Shown: positions 37,889 through 50,021 of the stretch, in pieces
How the letters are laid out: every line of letters begins with the position of its first letter
Numbering within the stretch: position 1 is the stretch's first letter
NCBI GenBank assembly: GCA_964188305.1
Contig: OZ076895.1
DNA from: Podarcis bocagei
Lineage: Eukaryota
DNA: 64,000 nt
Direction: 5' to 3' (one strand)
Translations under genes and position numbers: made by a program
The notes under the pieces: generated by a model
Database searches by the model: none
Told to the model about the DNA's origin: nothing
Seen by the model: only the letters and a program-made list of their open reading frames with translations

Positions 37889-38138
37889 CAGGGGTCAGCA
37901 AACTTTTTCAGCAGGTGGCCAGTCCACTGTCCCTCAGACCTTGTGGAGGGCCAGACAATATTTTGAAGAAAAAAATGAACGAATTCCTATGCCCCACAAG
38001 AAACCCAGAGATGCATTTTAAATAAAAGCACACATTCTACTCATGTAAAAACACGTTGATTCCCGGACCATCCGCGGGCTGGCTTGAGAAGGTGATTGGG
38101 TCGAATCCAGCCCCTGGGCCTTAGTTTGCCTACCGATG
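37889..38138 (+). mobile_element. Non-autonomous hAT element resembling OC1/OposCharlie1
   Basis: TSD TCATATGC/GCATATGC (7 of 8 match). TIR CAGGGGTCAGCAAACT / AGTTTGCCTACCGATG. The 5' region CACTGTCCCTCAGACC...GGAGGGCC...ATGAACGAATTCCTATGC resembles recalled OC1-type ends. Confidence 0.75.
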
Positions 38139-38495
38139 GCATATGCACTTCACCCACAATGGACTGGATAGAGTGGACCAAGCTTAAACAAGCAGTGCAA
38201 TATAAGTATTTTTAAAAATACAACTCCAGAGATATAAAGACATTCCTAGAACAGGAAGATCTTAACAAATTTTCCCAACTTCTGGAAGGCAGGCAGACCT
38301 CCCCAGAGGAAAAGTTTCATACGACGTTGGGTCTCCTGAGACTCCTGGTGAGGGGCTTTAGCTCAGTTACCATTTCAACAAATGCTTCATATTTGGATGA
38401 TCTCAGGTTCAATCTTGGGCATCTACTATGTAAAGCGCTTTACTCCATTTCAAAGAACAATTTTGGAGTTAAAAGGTAAATAGCTGGGCAAGGAA

Positions 38496-38615
38496 GGGCA
38501 TCTGCTTCACATGAGAAGTTCCCAGGTTCAATCCCTGGAAAGACCCCACTCTGAAAGCCTGGACAGTTGCCGCCAGTCAGTGTCAACGGGGCTGAGCTAG
38601 ATGCGCCAGTGGTCT
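38496..38615 (+). mobile_element. tRNA-derived squamate SINE remnant (another head at about 38351-38424)
   Basis: GCATCTGCTTCAC...CCCAGGTTCAATCCCTGG (B box)...GCCAGTCAGTGT...CTGAGCTAGATG. Confidence 0.55.
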
Positions 38616-38917
38616 TCCTTTGCACCAGATCAGGAGATGCAACCTAGTGACTCCTGTTTAGAAACAAAGAACTGCACCTAGAAAGTCAAGGAGGAACCTG
38701 GCTGGTGTCTCATAGGTGGAACCTGAGTGACATGAGAATTCTGAAACCAAGATAAAAGAACCTGTCTCCTTGATTACAGTATTAACAAAGATTTAATGTA
38801 TTCCTTCCTTCCCCTTGACTCTCTAAAACAAGAAGATGACTTTGGGAGAAAGTCTCAGATGTGGCAGTTTCAAAGATCCAAAGATGGAGACACACAATAG
38901 AGAACACCTATCAGCTT

Positions 38918-39169
38918 CTGCCAACCTAGCAGTTCGAAAGCACGTCAAAGTGCAAGTAGATAAATAGGTATCACTCCTGCAGGAAGGTAAACGGCTTTTC
39001 CATGCGCTGCTCTGGTTTCACCAGAAGTGGCTTGGTCTGCTGGCCACATGACCCGGAAAAGCTGTCTGTGGACAAACGTCGGCTCCCTCGGCCAGTAAAG
39101 CAAGATGAGCACCGCATCCCCAGAGTCATTCACAACTGGACTTAACTGTCAGGGGTCTTTTTTTTACTT
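38918..39169 (+). mobile_element. 5'-truncated Sauria SINE S3, different subfamily
   Basis: Starts at CTGCCAACCTAGCAG; carries GCTGTCTGTGGACAAACG, absent from the other five copies; TTCTGCCAA on both sides (38916-38924, 39170-39178). Confidence 0.9.
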
Positions 39170-40310
39170 TTCTGCCAAAAGTACACTGAGGCAGGGGAAC
39201 CCCTCATCTACAGATAAAGCATGAGGAGTGCAGGTTGAAGCATCTCCTTCAAGAGTCTCTTGAGTAACAACAAAAGCAACTTTGATTTTGTGTCAGTTTA
39301 ATTAAACCAGTGATAAATGCCCCTTTAATGTCAGTAGAATAATATTTTTTTTAAAACACCTCTGCTGTGAACAGTGGTTGGTTACAAGGTACCTACTCTG
39401 AAATACATATTTCATAAAGAATGCATCAGGTCCTAGCCTTAAAAAGAGAAGATGAAAACATAATAAGAAAATTCCCTATACAAACATCCAGCAGATCTAT
39501 GTGAATGAAATTAATTTGCTTGTCCATACAGATTAACAGGTTGCCAGGAAGACAGGACTAATGCATATAGATTATTTTAAAAGACCAATGTCAAAGAAAA
39601 TCCTGTGCATAGATCATTCACTGTTTGCATCTCTATTCATTAATTTCACCTCCAATATTGAGGTGATCATGAACAGCTTCATCTTACACAACATTAATAA
39701 TTTATTAGATGGTGGTGGAGGAAACGCAACAAATACGAGCCTTTATATCACATTATACCATTTTGCACAATGACTTCTAGTAGAGCTGTACCAATTACAA
39801 ACAAAAGCCACAGCAAAGGCCCAAGAAAACAATATTCAAATCGTATTTGGATAGCTACAACCAGAGATGTGCCAATGCTAGGCAGGAGGAACAGTCAGTG
39901 TACTCCAATGTGTGATTCATTTGGAAGCAATGAGTAAAAACTCACAAACCAAAAATACAGAAACGGCACAAGAATTATGGGCACACCATCAGCTTCCCTG
40001 GAAACATCCTAAAGGCATTCATGCATATGGCAGTCATATGTGCAAAACAGTGTTCAGCGTCACTCACTTATATTGGTAAATGTTAACTGTGACAAATAAA
40101 GTTAGATCTTCTTTTAACAAAACAAATAAATAACATCATTGTGTTCCATGTTTGCACCCAGAATGGATTTATGGTACCAGCAAAAAAGAAAGCAAAGATC
40201 TATAATTGTCTCTGTCAGAAATAGTCAGCAAAATGTGTGTTTCTTTTGAAAAAGATGGCCAGGCCAGCCTCAAAGTCTAAATGTAAGTTGAAATTTAACA
40301 TGTTTAACAC

Positions 40311-40828
40311 TGTTGTGAGTTGGTGAGTGCAAGACACCCTAAATTCCGGATCAAGCTAGTGTGAGAATTTAATTGAGGCTTGTGTGTTAAAACTGGTTGC
40401 TAGGCCCATGTGTGTACTTGAGCTGTGTACTAGATGCTTCTAACACTCTGGAATCAACATGTGTCAAAAGCTAATTAAGCCAAGCTGGTGCTTCCTGTGA
40501 TGTGGAGTTGGGAGTAAAGCAATGGAGATAGTAAGCCATGGGCTGGATAGAGAGAATCAGAGGTCAATTATGAAAAGTAATGGTTGAAGTCTGCTTAAGT
40601 CCAAGGTTGCTGTGGCTATGGAAGAAGCCAGAACCACTTGGGGTGTGAATGCTGTGAACCCCTCCATCATAGGCTCAGGTTGTATATATGTCTAAGTAAA
40701 CCATATTTCGTAAAGATACCACAGTCTCTGCTGTGCCTCATTTACCAAGAGCAAACACAGACCATGGATAAGCCGGCCAGGAACTCCTGGAATCTCGCAC
40801 CACTCAGAGATTGGGGTGGTACATAATA
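40311..40828 (+). mobile_element. Probable solo LTR (Gypsy-like)
   Basis: Starts TGTTG and ends in a degenerate ...CATAATA; flanks ACAC/ATAC; polyA-signal-like AGTAAA near 40695; 3' part resembles recalled lizard LTRs. Confidence 0.5.
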
Positions 40829-41437
40829 ATACCTTCATTTTGTTAAGTGAACAATATCTACAGGTCTTTTAGCATACAGAGTAGTATAATTTGCAGTAAC
40901 AAATAAATAGCTGGTTTGTACATCACACTAACTATGGCTAAGCATGAATGTGCAGACCTTCAGAGAGCTTTCTTCCTCCCATAGACTTAATATGTCATCT
41001 AAGTCTCTGGAGGAGAGAAACCATCAACCCCAATTCAGGCCACATGACAAGCCAAACTATGGCTTAGCTCATGGTAACACAACAGGAGGAAGATCAGGAG
41101 ATTATGCAGTGGCTATAATATCCTCTCTGATAACCCTGAGGAGGTTTGACTAACTAGGTCCATGAGTTGGATCCAGAGTATAGTCCTAGCTACATTTAGT
41201 TCCCATTGATTTCAATGGGAACCAATGTGAAGTTACGTAATCTCAATCCAGCTCATATTTTTGTTTTGCATTTCTTGATTTCTACAAAGAATGTAACTGC
41301 TGAAATAATCCAAGATGTGGCATAACATAAATTTTCAGTCAGGAAAATGAGTAGGCAGGAAGGAAGGCTTTGGTTAGGCTGAGGAATTCTAGCAGGAATG
41401 GTCTTATATAGAGCCAGAAATCTTGATGTGGAACCAG

Positions 41438-41771
41438 TAGGGGTGGGCGATGTATCGTCCAAAACCTATTAATTTTTGACCTGGAAATATATCATGAATC
41501 ATGATATGTGTGTATGTGTGTGCACGCTATGCAAAAATCACAAGCCAGCCAACATTTCTCTTGATTCTGGCAGCCCCTGTTAAGTCTGCTGGCTGGCAGT
41601 GAATCACAATAGTAGTCAACGGCAAAAATCACGAGGCAGGAAAAACCGTGAAGCCAGCCAATGCCTCTACATAGCTCCATCCTAATTTCAGACATCATGA
41701 TATATTGGTATATTGTGATGTTTAGCTGGTGATATATCAAGATGCTGAAAACCAGATATCAGCCAGCCCTC
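41438..41771. mobile_element. Old hAT (Ac-like) MITE
   Basis: TAGGGGTGGGCGAT ... ATATCAGCCAGCCCT with repeated GATAT/ATATC subterminal motifs; no clear TSD. Confidence 0.55.
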
Positions 41772-41959
41772 AGAGCAAGAAATCAGCAAAAGGTAGCTTC
41801 ATATTTGCCTGTACAGTATATCACTGTGAGGGGGATAACATGGAGCAGCTTTATGACTGGGCTGAGGACAAGATATGCAATTAAAGTCTCTGTTTGACCC
41901 AAACCAGAACTGGAAACCAACTTCAAATGACTGTTTTATGTTTGTTTACCAAAATAGTA

Positions 41960-42306
41960 AGGTAAAGGGACCCCTGACCATTAGGTCCAGTCACGGACGA
42001 CTTTGGGGTTGCAGCACTCATCTCGCTTTATTGGCCGAGGGAGCCAGCGTACAGCTTCCGGGTCATGTGGCCAGCATGACTAAGCCGCTTCTGGCGAACC
42101 AGAGTAGCGCACGGAAACGCCGTTTACCTTCCCCCAGAGATATCTACCTATTTATCTACTTGCACTTTGTGCTTTTGAACTGCTAGGTTGGCAGGAGCAG
42201 GGACCGAGCAACGGGAGCTCACCCCGTCCCGCGCATTCGAACCACCAACCTTCCGATCAGCAAGCCCTAGACTCTGTGGTTTAACCCACAGCGCCACCCG
42301 AGTCCC
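41960..42306 (-). mobile_element. Sauria SINE S4
   Basis: Full length; 13-bp TSD TACCAAAATAGTA (41947-41959, 42307-42319). Confidence 0.95.
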
Positions 42307-43284
42307 TACCAAAATAGTATTGCAACCTAAATTTTCTGGTTCAGATAGAACAGTAAACTGGTTTCAGCTACATAAGATGAGAATACTGCTAATTAAATCT
42401 ATCTGGAAAGGGAGAAGGAGGGGAGAAGACAATCTGTAGAGCTAGGTTATGTTCTAGGACAATAAGGATAAATGTTAACAGTGCACTTCACTGACTCTTC
42501 CAAGAAGCAGGAAAAATGCTTATTGGTAACTTATGGCATAGGAGGAAACCTGAATATAGGGAACAGAGCTTTCTCTTTGGAATATATCAAGCGATAACAA
42601 TCGTATTGCTCCAAAGATACATGACAAAGCAAGATTGGCTCAAGTTTCAATGCTTCTGTTACACTGATAAGGATCTCTTGAATGTCTGCTCAGAGTGATT
42701 ATACATGTCTATCTCCTCATCAGATCTATCTCAATGGTTTACAGGGATTTAAATCTAAAGAACAGAAGCTGTAATGAAACTCTGTGTTGGGATATACTTA
42801 AGAAAGGCTTTGAATCCTGCTGTCAGCAGAGAATTGCTACTGGGTAAACTGTATAAACTGTGTATTTCGAGTATACATTTTAATGTGGGGGGCGGGGGGG
42901 GGAGTCAAAACTGAAGACTCACAGAAATTAACCATTACCATTTGTGCTGTCTTTGTTGTCTTGTGAAAGCTTTACAATTAATTATTTGTCTTTTAAAGGT
43001 GAAATAAGAATCTCATTTCAGTGATGTATCTATACGGAAATATTAAAACTTAAAAGGAATTCAGGAGAAGTGGGAGTACATTAATATTTACATAATTATC
43101 CATGTAAAGTCCTTTGGCATATACTCACATATTTATAAAACATTTGAATTACTTTTATCAGTTCTTTACTTAGCATCCTATATGATAAACTCCATCAAAC
43201 TGAGATCTACATATTTACTAGCATACTAGAAAAATATTTGAGTGACGTTATGAGAAAAATAGAGCAATGAAGTAGACTACAGTA

Positions 43285-43798
43285 CAGTACAGTACCTTGG
43301 TTCTCAAACGCCTTGGTACTCAAAAAAACTTGGAACCCAATCACTGTAAACCCGGAAATGTTCTAGTTTGCGAACTTTTTCTGGAAGTTGAACGTGCTCC
43401 GATTTGAGTGTTACGCTTCCAATTTGAGTGTCATACTTCCGTTTTGAGTGTTACACTGAGATCTGTCTGTTTTTGCTATTTATTTTGCGTTTTTGTTTTT
43501 GCAGCTCTTTTTGTTTTTGTGACTGTGTGGAACACAGTTCAGCTACTGATTGATTGATTGATTGATTGATTGTGTGATTACAGTACATTGTTTATTGCTC
43601 TCATTTGATGGATCAATGGTATCGTTAGATAGTAAAATTCATGTTAAATTGCTGTTTTAGGGGTTGTTTTTAAAAGTCTGGAACGGATTAATCCATTTTG
43701 CATTACTTTCTATGTGGAAGCATGCCTTGGTTTTAGAATGCTTTGGTTTTGGAACAGACTTCCGGAATGGATTAAGTTTGAGAACCAAGGTACCACTG
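43285..43798. mobile_element. Tc1/mariner MITE family D with internal 20-bp tandem and (TGAT)n
   Basis: GTACCTTGGTTCTCAAAC ... GTTTGAGAACCAAGGTACCACTG-TA; three TTTGAGTGTTACGCTTCC-like units at 43401-43458; (TGAT)n at about 43547-43572. Confidence 0.85.
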
Positions 43799-44323
43799 TA
43801 CTGAGTTTAGAGCAGAGGCACTTTGATGTGATTCCTACTCAGACACACAGAAGGGTCTTGGACCCGTTACTGTCCTTCCTTACCTGCCCTGCCAAACTGC
43901 AAAGTGAAAGTAATATTAATATTGCAAGATGTCTTTGTAAAATAGTTTACAAATTCAAGTGTGGAAACAGTTGATCTATTTTAACGAGAGCAATTTGGTC
44001 CATTTCAAATTTATTTCTAGTTCTCAGTTTTGAAATGTGTTTTGATTGATGCACCCTCTATACTGAAACAAATTATACATGACATGAAAATGTATTGCCT
44101 GGGCAGCATTCAAGGGCAGAATAATTGATTCAATTATTATTGATGCAAAAGTCAGGGAGGCAATTTTAGGTACTAAATCTTACATCCTATCTATGCCACA
44201 TATAACACTTATTGTAAAGTAATCCCCAGTGATTTAGACAGACCTGAAGAATCACTGAAATAGATTAACAGTGCAATCCTATGCCTGTTTTCACAGAAGA
44301 AAGTCTTGCTGTTGTTAAAAGAT

Positions 44324-44669
44324 AGGTAAAGGGACCCCTGACTATTAGGTCCAGTCGTGACCGAGTCTGGGGTTGTGGCGCTCATCTCGCTTTACTGGCT
44401 GAGGGAGCCGGCGTACAGCTTCCGGGTCATGTGGCCAGCATGTCTAAGCCACTTCTGGTGAACCAGAGCAGTGCACGGAAACACTGTTTACCTTCCCGCT
44501 GGAGCGGTACCTATTTATCTACTTGCACTTGACGTGCTTTCGAACTGCTAGGTTGGCAGAGCAGGGACCGAGCAACGGGAGCTCACCCTGTTGCGGGGAT
44601 TTGAACCACCGACCTTCTGACCGGCAAGTCCTAGGCTCTGTGGTTTAACCCACACCGCCACCCATGTCC
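44324..44669 (-). mobile_element. Sauria SINE S5
   Basis: Full length; TAAAAGAT on both flanks. Confidence 0.95.
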
Positions 44670-45251
44670 TGTAAAAGATGGCTTATCCCCTAGCAAATAA
44701 ACTGCACTGGTATCAGTGAAACCTACCAGTAAGGATGCATAGAACTGTGCTTTAAAACCATGCCAGATAATAACCAGTTTTCCTTTATGTGTGTTATTGC
44801 ATCTAATGTATTTAATAGGTGTGGTATAATTTTGATGCCAAATACGGCATGTTCTCCCATCCTTCCACTACAGCTGAGTGCTTTCCTGCTGGTAGTTGGC
44901 ATGACTTTCTGCATACTTATTTAATCCTACACTATGGAACACATCTAGTATTAAAGTTATAATTATAAGCTGCTATTGGTACAATTATAATTAATAGCAG
45001 CAATTATAATCTGCTATTAATATTAATGATAGCTGAGGCTGCCAAGCATGACTCTGTTTATAATTCTGGCTCTGGAATAGAAAACCCAAGCAGTATACCC
45101 AACCTACCTTGCTAAACACTATGCCCTGCTATAAGTACATATGACAATGCAGTAGATGGCACTAAGAAGCCAGTAATGAATTCATGTCCTGCCATTAGGG
45201 TTGTTGACACTATTTAATGAGTCATTAAAAAAAAATCCAAGTGTGTGAATA

Positions 45252-45254
<3 letters not shown>

Positions 45255-45288
<34 letters not shown>
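45255..45288. repeat. (GT)n microsatellite
   Basis: Direct reading. Confidence 0.95.
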
Positions 45289-45290
<2 letters not shown>

Positions 45291-45485
45291 AAAAAAGCTT
45301 ACACCCTTCAGCCTCACCCATCAAAAAATGAATAATGAATTATCCCATGTATTACAACTGTCAAACTGGATTAAATGAACCAGTTACAAAGAAAGACAAA
45401 TACTTAAATATCTTTTTTCAAATGTTTATTTTACTTGTAGTCTACTCAGTTCCCAAAAGAACAAAATGCCTCCTGCCATTTACAA

Positions 45486-45629
45486 CAAGGCCGGGGAACC
45501 TGTGACCCTTCAGGTGTAGCTTGAATTACAATTTTCACTTCCCTAATGACAACGATGGCATCCCTTAGCAATGCTGGCAGGGGCTGATGGGAGGGAGCTC
45601 AGCAACATCTTAAAGGTTCCCTACCTTTG
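45486..45629. mobile_element. 144-bp hAT (Charlie-type) MITE
   Basis: 8-bp TSD ATTTACAA (45478-45485, 45630-45637); TIRs CAAGGCCGGGGAACC / GGTTCCCTACCTTTG. Confidence 0.8.
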
Positions 45630-45670
45630 ATTTACAACTAAAAAAAATAAAATTCCACCCAACCGATTAC

Positions 45671-45757
45671 CTTTTCGTGAAAGTTAACACTTGATGCCCT
45701 TCATATTTCCCTCCAGTTAACTAGCAGGTTCATGTCTTTATCTCTTTTATTAAGAAC
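45671..45757 (-). other. Candidate 87-nt non-coding (5' UTR-type) exon
   Basis: Minus strand tttgttttgttgtttgcctatttccaaag|GTTCTTAATAAAAG...CACGAAAAG|gtaatc. Stops in all three frames; two short ATG ORFs (MNLLVNWREI*, MKGIKC*). Confidence 0.35.
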
Positions 45758-46449
45758 CTTTGGAAATAGGCAAACAACAAAACAAATTATTGAAATATAA
45801 AGAAAATCAACCACCACCACATTATTCTATTTTGTGGTCTTCTACTACAAACCTGGTAATATACAGTGCTACTTTTTAATAAATTCAACTTTTGCTGATA
45901 GGTATGAATATCAAAGCATAGACGAAAAGGTTTAACAAAAACTATCCCGGGAATTTTTCAAATATCTCTTAAAAGCTACTTCAAACAGCTGAAGTTTCTT
46001 GTACTGTTCATTAACTTGAACAACAGAAAAGTCCTTTAGTGTCAAGGGAGTGTGAAAATTAGATTTACTGGGAAATGGTAAACGAGTAATATTAAACCGA
46101 CAACATATTTTAACTGGTCATGAGGCACTAAGCCAGGCTTGTAATAAGTACTTGTAAATAAAATAACTAGACCACAATTTTTTTTCTAGTACTCTGTGTG
46201 TCTGAAAGCAAGAGTAGTGTAGTGCTTAGAGGGTGGGCTTAAGTCAAGGAGACTTAGGTTTAAATCCCTGCTTAGCTACAAAATTTCCAATGTATTACGT
46301 TGTTGCAGGTTGACCATGCCACTTTAAAAATCATTTTTCCAGGCAGTGGTGCATGTCACGTTTCCAAACCATGTCAGCTCCTGTAGCAGAGATTGTGGCA
46401 GATATACAACACAGTTGCCCAGTGTCACGTGAACTGCAGTCTCCTAAAG

Positions 46450-46451
<2 letters not shown>

Positions 46452-46495
<44 letters not shown>
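46452..46495. repeat. (GT)n microsatellite
   Basis: Direct reading. Confidence 0.95.
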
Positions 46496-46497
<2 letters not shown>

Positions 46498-46587
46498 CAG
46501 TGCTGCTATGTATTTAATTTATTGCATATTTCTATGTTTCATTTGTCTTTAATTATGTAAGCTTGTAAAATATTTATAATATATTTA

Positions 46588-47896
46588 CAGTGGTGCCTCG
46601 CAAGACGAAATTAATTCGTTCCGCAAGTCTCTTCGTCTTGCGGTTTTTTCGTCTTGCGATGCACGGTTTCCCATAGGAATGCATTGAAAATCAATTAATG
46701 CGTTCCTAGGGAAACCGCCTTCAGACCAGGTCCGGGGACAGTCTGTCCCCGGACCTCTTCTGAAGGCTGGGGGGGGCAAGGGCTTTTCTTCCCACCCCCA
46801 GCATTTTAAAAAACCCTGGGACAGCGGAGGACTTCTCCGCTGTCTGGGGCGATCTTAAAATGCTGGTGGGCGGCATTTTAAAATCGCCCCGGACAGCGGA
46901 GGACTTCTCCGCTGTCCGGGGCGATTTAAAAGCCCCTGGGAAGGCAGGCAGGGGGGACAAAGACTTTCGCCCCCTGCCCACCTTCAGAAGGTGTTCCCGC
47001 CCCCCGCCCCACTTCGGAACAGCTTTCCGAAGTGGGGCGGCTGGGGCAGGTGTCCCCGCCCCCCTCCCCACTTCGGAACAGCTTTCTGAAGTGGGGCGGC
47101 TGGGGCAGGTGTCCCCGCCCCCCCTCCCCACTTCGGAACAGCTTTCCGAAGTGGGGCGGCTGGGGCAGGTGTCCCCGCCCCCCCTCCCCACTTCGGAACA
47201 GCTTTCCGAAGTGGGGCGGCTGGGGCAGGTGTCCCCGCCCCCCCGCCCCACTTCGGAACAGCTTTCCGAAGTGGGGCGGCTGGGGCAGGTGTCCCCGCCC
47301 CCCCTCCCCACTTCGGAACAGCTTTCCGAAGTGGGGCGGCTGGGGCAGGTGTCCCCGCCCCCCCCTTCGGAACAGCATTTTAAAACCTCCCCGGGACACA
47401 GGGAGATTTTAAAATGCTGGGGGTTGGCAGCGCTTCGCTCCCGACCCCCAGCATTTTAAAACCTTCCCGGGACAGGGGGAGATTTTAAAATGCTGGGGGT
47501 CGGCAGCTAACGCTCCCGACCCCCAGCATTTTAAAATCTCCCCGGGACAGAGACTTCTCTGCTGTCCCTTGGAGATTTTAAAATGCTGGGGGTCGGCAGC
47601 GAACGCTTCGCTCCCGCCCGCCAGCATTTTAAGATCGCCCGGGGCAGGCGGGGGGAAGGCAGGCGGGGGGGGAGCAAAGACTTTTGCCCCCCGCCGGCCT
47701 TCAGAAGAGGTCCTCTTCTGAAGGCCGGCTGTGGGCGAAAGTCTTTGCTCCCGACCGCCAGCATTTCCCTATGGGCTTTCGTCTTGCGATGCAAGCCCAT
47801 AGGGAAATTCGTCTTGCGAAGCGCCTCCAAAACAGAAAACCCTTCGTCTTGCGGGTTTTCCGTCTTGCGAGGCATTCGTCTTGCGGGGTACCACTG
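46588..47896. mobile_element. MITE family A copy A3 (1.3 kb) with GC-rich hairpin-array interior
   Basis: TA-flanked; CAGTGGTGCCTCGCAAGACGAA ... TTCGTCTTGCGGGGTACCACTG; both arms (about 130 bp) match A1. Confidence 0.92.
46993..47377. repeat. 60-bp minisatellite, about 6.4 copies, each with a 13-bp stem
   Basis: Unit GTCCCCGCCCCCCCTCCCCACTTCGGAACAGCTTTCCGAAGTGGGGCGGCTGGGGCAGGT; stem CCCCACTTCGGAA/TTCCGAAGTGGGG, loop CAGCT. Confidence 0.95.
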
Positions 47897-50021
47897 TATA
47901 TATATTTTTATTTATTAAATTTGTATACCACCCTTAATCCATAGATCTCTGGGAGGTTCACAGCATGTAAGCAGCCTTTGGCTTGTGCTGATAACTCTCA
48001 TAAAGGTATCTGTTAGATATAGAATACATTAAATAAAATTTTGTCAAAATGTACACTGCCTTTTTTCACTGAAACCTATAATATATTCCAGAGCAGGATA
48101 ATGGACCTTATTGAATGTTGCACCTTTCCTTTCCTGAAATATTAAGTGATACCACCTGATATTACAGTAGACTCATTTTTATGAATTACATGAGCACCTT
48201 GCCTTGTAAAATATAAATACACTTCTATGTAAATGCTATTCCTATTCATCCAAGCCTTTGATCATCTGTCACAGGTGTCAATGGTCCCTACCCAGATTGG
48301 TCAGGAAGTAAAACTGTTACCATTTATGTTCTTTATAGACTGCACTCCTATAGATACTGAAGTCAGTGGAACTATTACTGAGTATACATCGAATGTGATT
48401 GTGTTTTTAGATGCCTGTTTTTGCAATTACTGTGAGATTGTTTTAAAACATGTATCAATTTATGATGAATTGTCATGTTTGCAAAATATATTCTGCGGTA
48501 CTAATAATTAAATCACACCATTACATTAAGCAAGAATATTATTACACACACAAATATAACTTTGTAAAAGAGCTACAATTTCAAAAAGTATTCAGAGGAT
48601 GACCACATTCTGATATAAATGTAAACACAGCAGTCTGTGTGAGCACCTGTAAACCCCTAACTCGTTATGATTTGATGAATAACAGATAAATTACCTAGAA
48701 TTTCCTTTTTAGTTAGGTGGAGATAAATTAGGCAATTTTTATTTATAAAACAGAATTTTATATACTACACAGTGTGTTCATAGTTTACAAATACAGGCAC
48801 AGTGCTGCTATCCATTGTTAAAAAGTAGCTACTTATAATAGAAAGTGAAATAAATTATTTAGCAAGGTATCACTTATGGGTCAAGAATCTGCCCTGTAAG
48901 GGGCTATCGCTCACTCACTTCTCTGGTCCTACACGATGGATGAAGGGGCAGAATTTGATCTGGAATGTTTAACTACAGACATTGATTTCCTTTCTTAATA
49001 GCCAAACAATTGATTACTTCCTGAACTCTTTAAAGAAATGCCACAATATTCCCTCTCACACAAAATGACCTTCCGTTCTACCACAGAATGCAAGCCAAAC
49101 AGGCTAACTGTTTGTCTAAGCAAGCAAGCAAAAACATTGCAGGGGGGAAAGGTTAATATTGTCTGTTTTCAGAGCATGGGCACATGCAAAAGTTAACATG
49201 ATCTAAATTTGCTTTAAAAGGTCACAACAGCTTTGAGATTTTAGGAGCCCACAAAGAAATGGAATGATGAGGAAGAGAATGGAACTAACCAGGATTTACA
49301 AATATTATACAGCTGTATCTGCCAAGGTGAGATAGAGTTAAAAAATTTATCCAAATACTTCAGCTGTCTTTTAACAAAGGATCTTAACAACCTCCTAGAA
49401 AGTGGAATGTTCTCAAATATCCATTGTAAAACTAAACAATAATACAGCTAACACTCCACATTTGACAATCAGTTTTAACAAATATATAGCATCCTCACCA
49501 GATTAGGCAAAAGTCAAGTATATTAATCTTCAAAGATTGCCTAGAGGTTCACGTCAACTATTTTCCCTTATGCCGGCCCAGTAATATAATAACATAAGTA
49601 CAGTTTAAACGTTTTTGCTATACTGTACATCAATAAAGGTGAGAGGAAGGTTTAGGTTCCAAGTTCTGTATCACCTATAACGGGGGTTATGAATTCAGCC
49701 TATTACTTGAGTCCTTTTATGAGAGAGAAGAAAATTAGGGCTGCTTCTATAGCATTAGTCAGCATCCTTTATTGCATACAGCAATAATTTGTTTACTTAC
49801 AACTGAGCTGTTGTTATGGAGGTATAGAAAGAAGCACACCAACAGTACTAGAACCACAGTAATGACAGTACAACCTCCAAATCCTAAACCAGCTTTCCAG
49901 CCAAATCCAAATGGATTATTTCAGCTTTCTATTTATGCCAAGCTCCATCCATACAATTCAAATGCTTGATACAGCTAACTGTCCCCATTGTCTTCTGTCA
50001 CTGTCTGAACCATGTACAGCA

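Noticed and set aside
46585-47944. Cluster of 110-199 aa ORFs
   Set aside because: Translations of the 60-bp tandem array and MITE arms; no transposase motifs.
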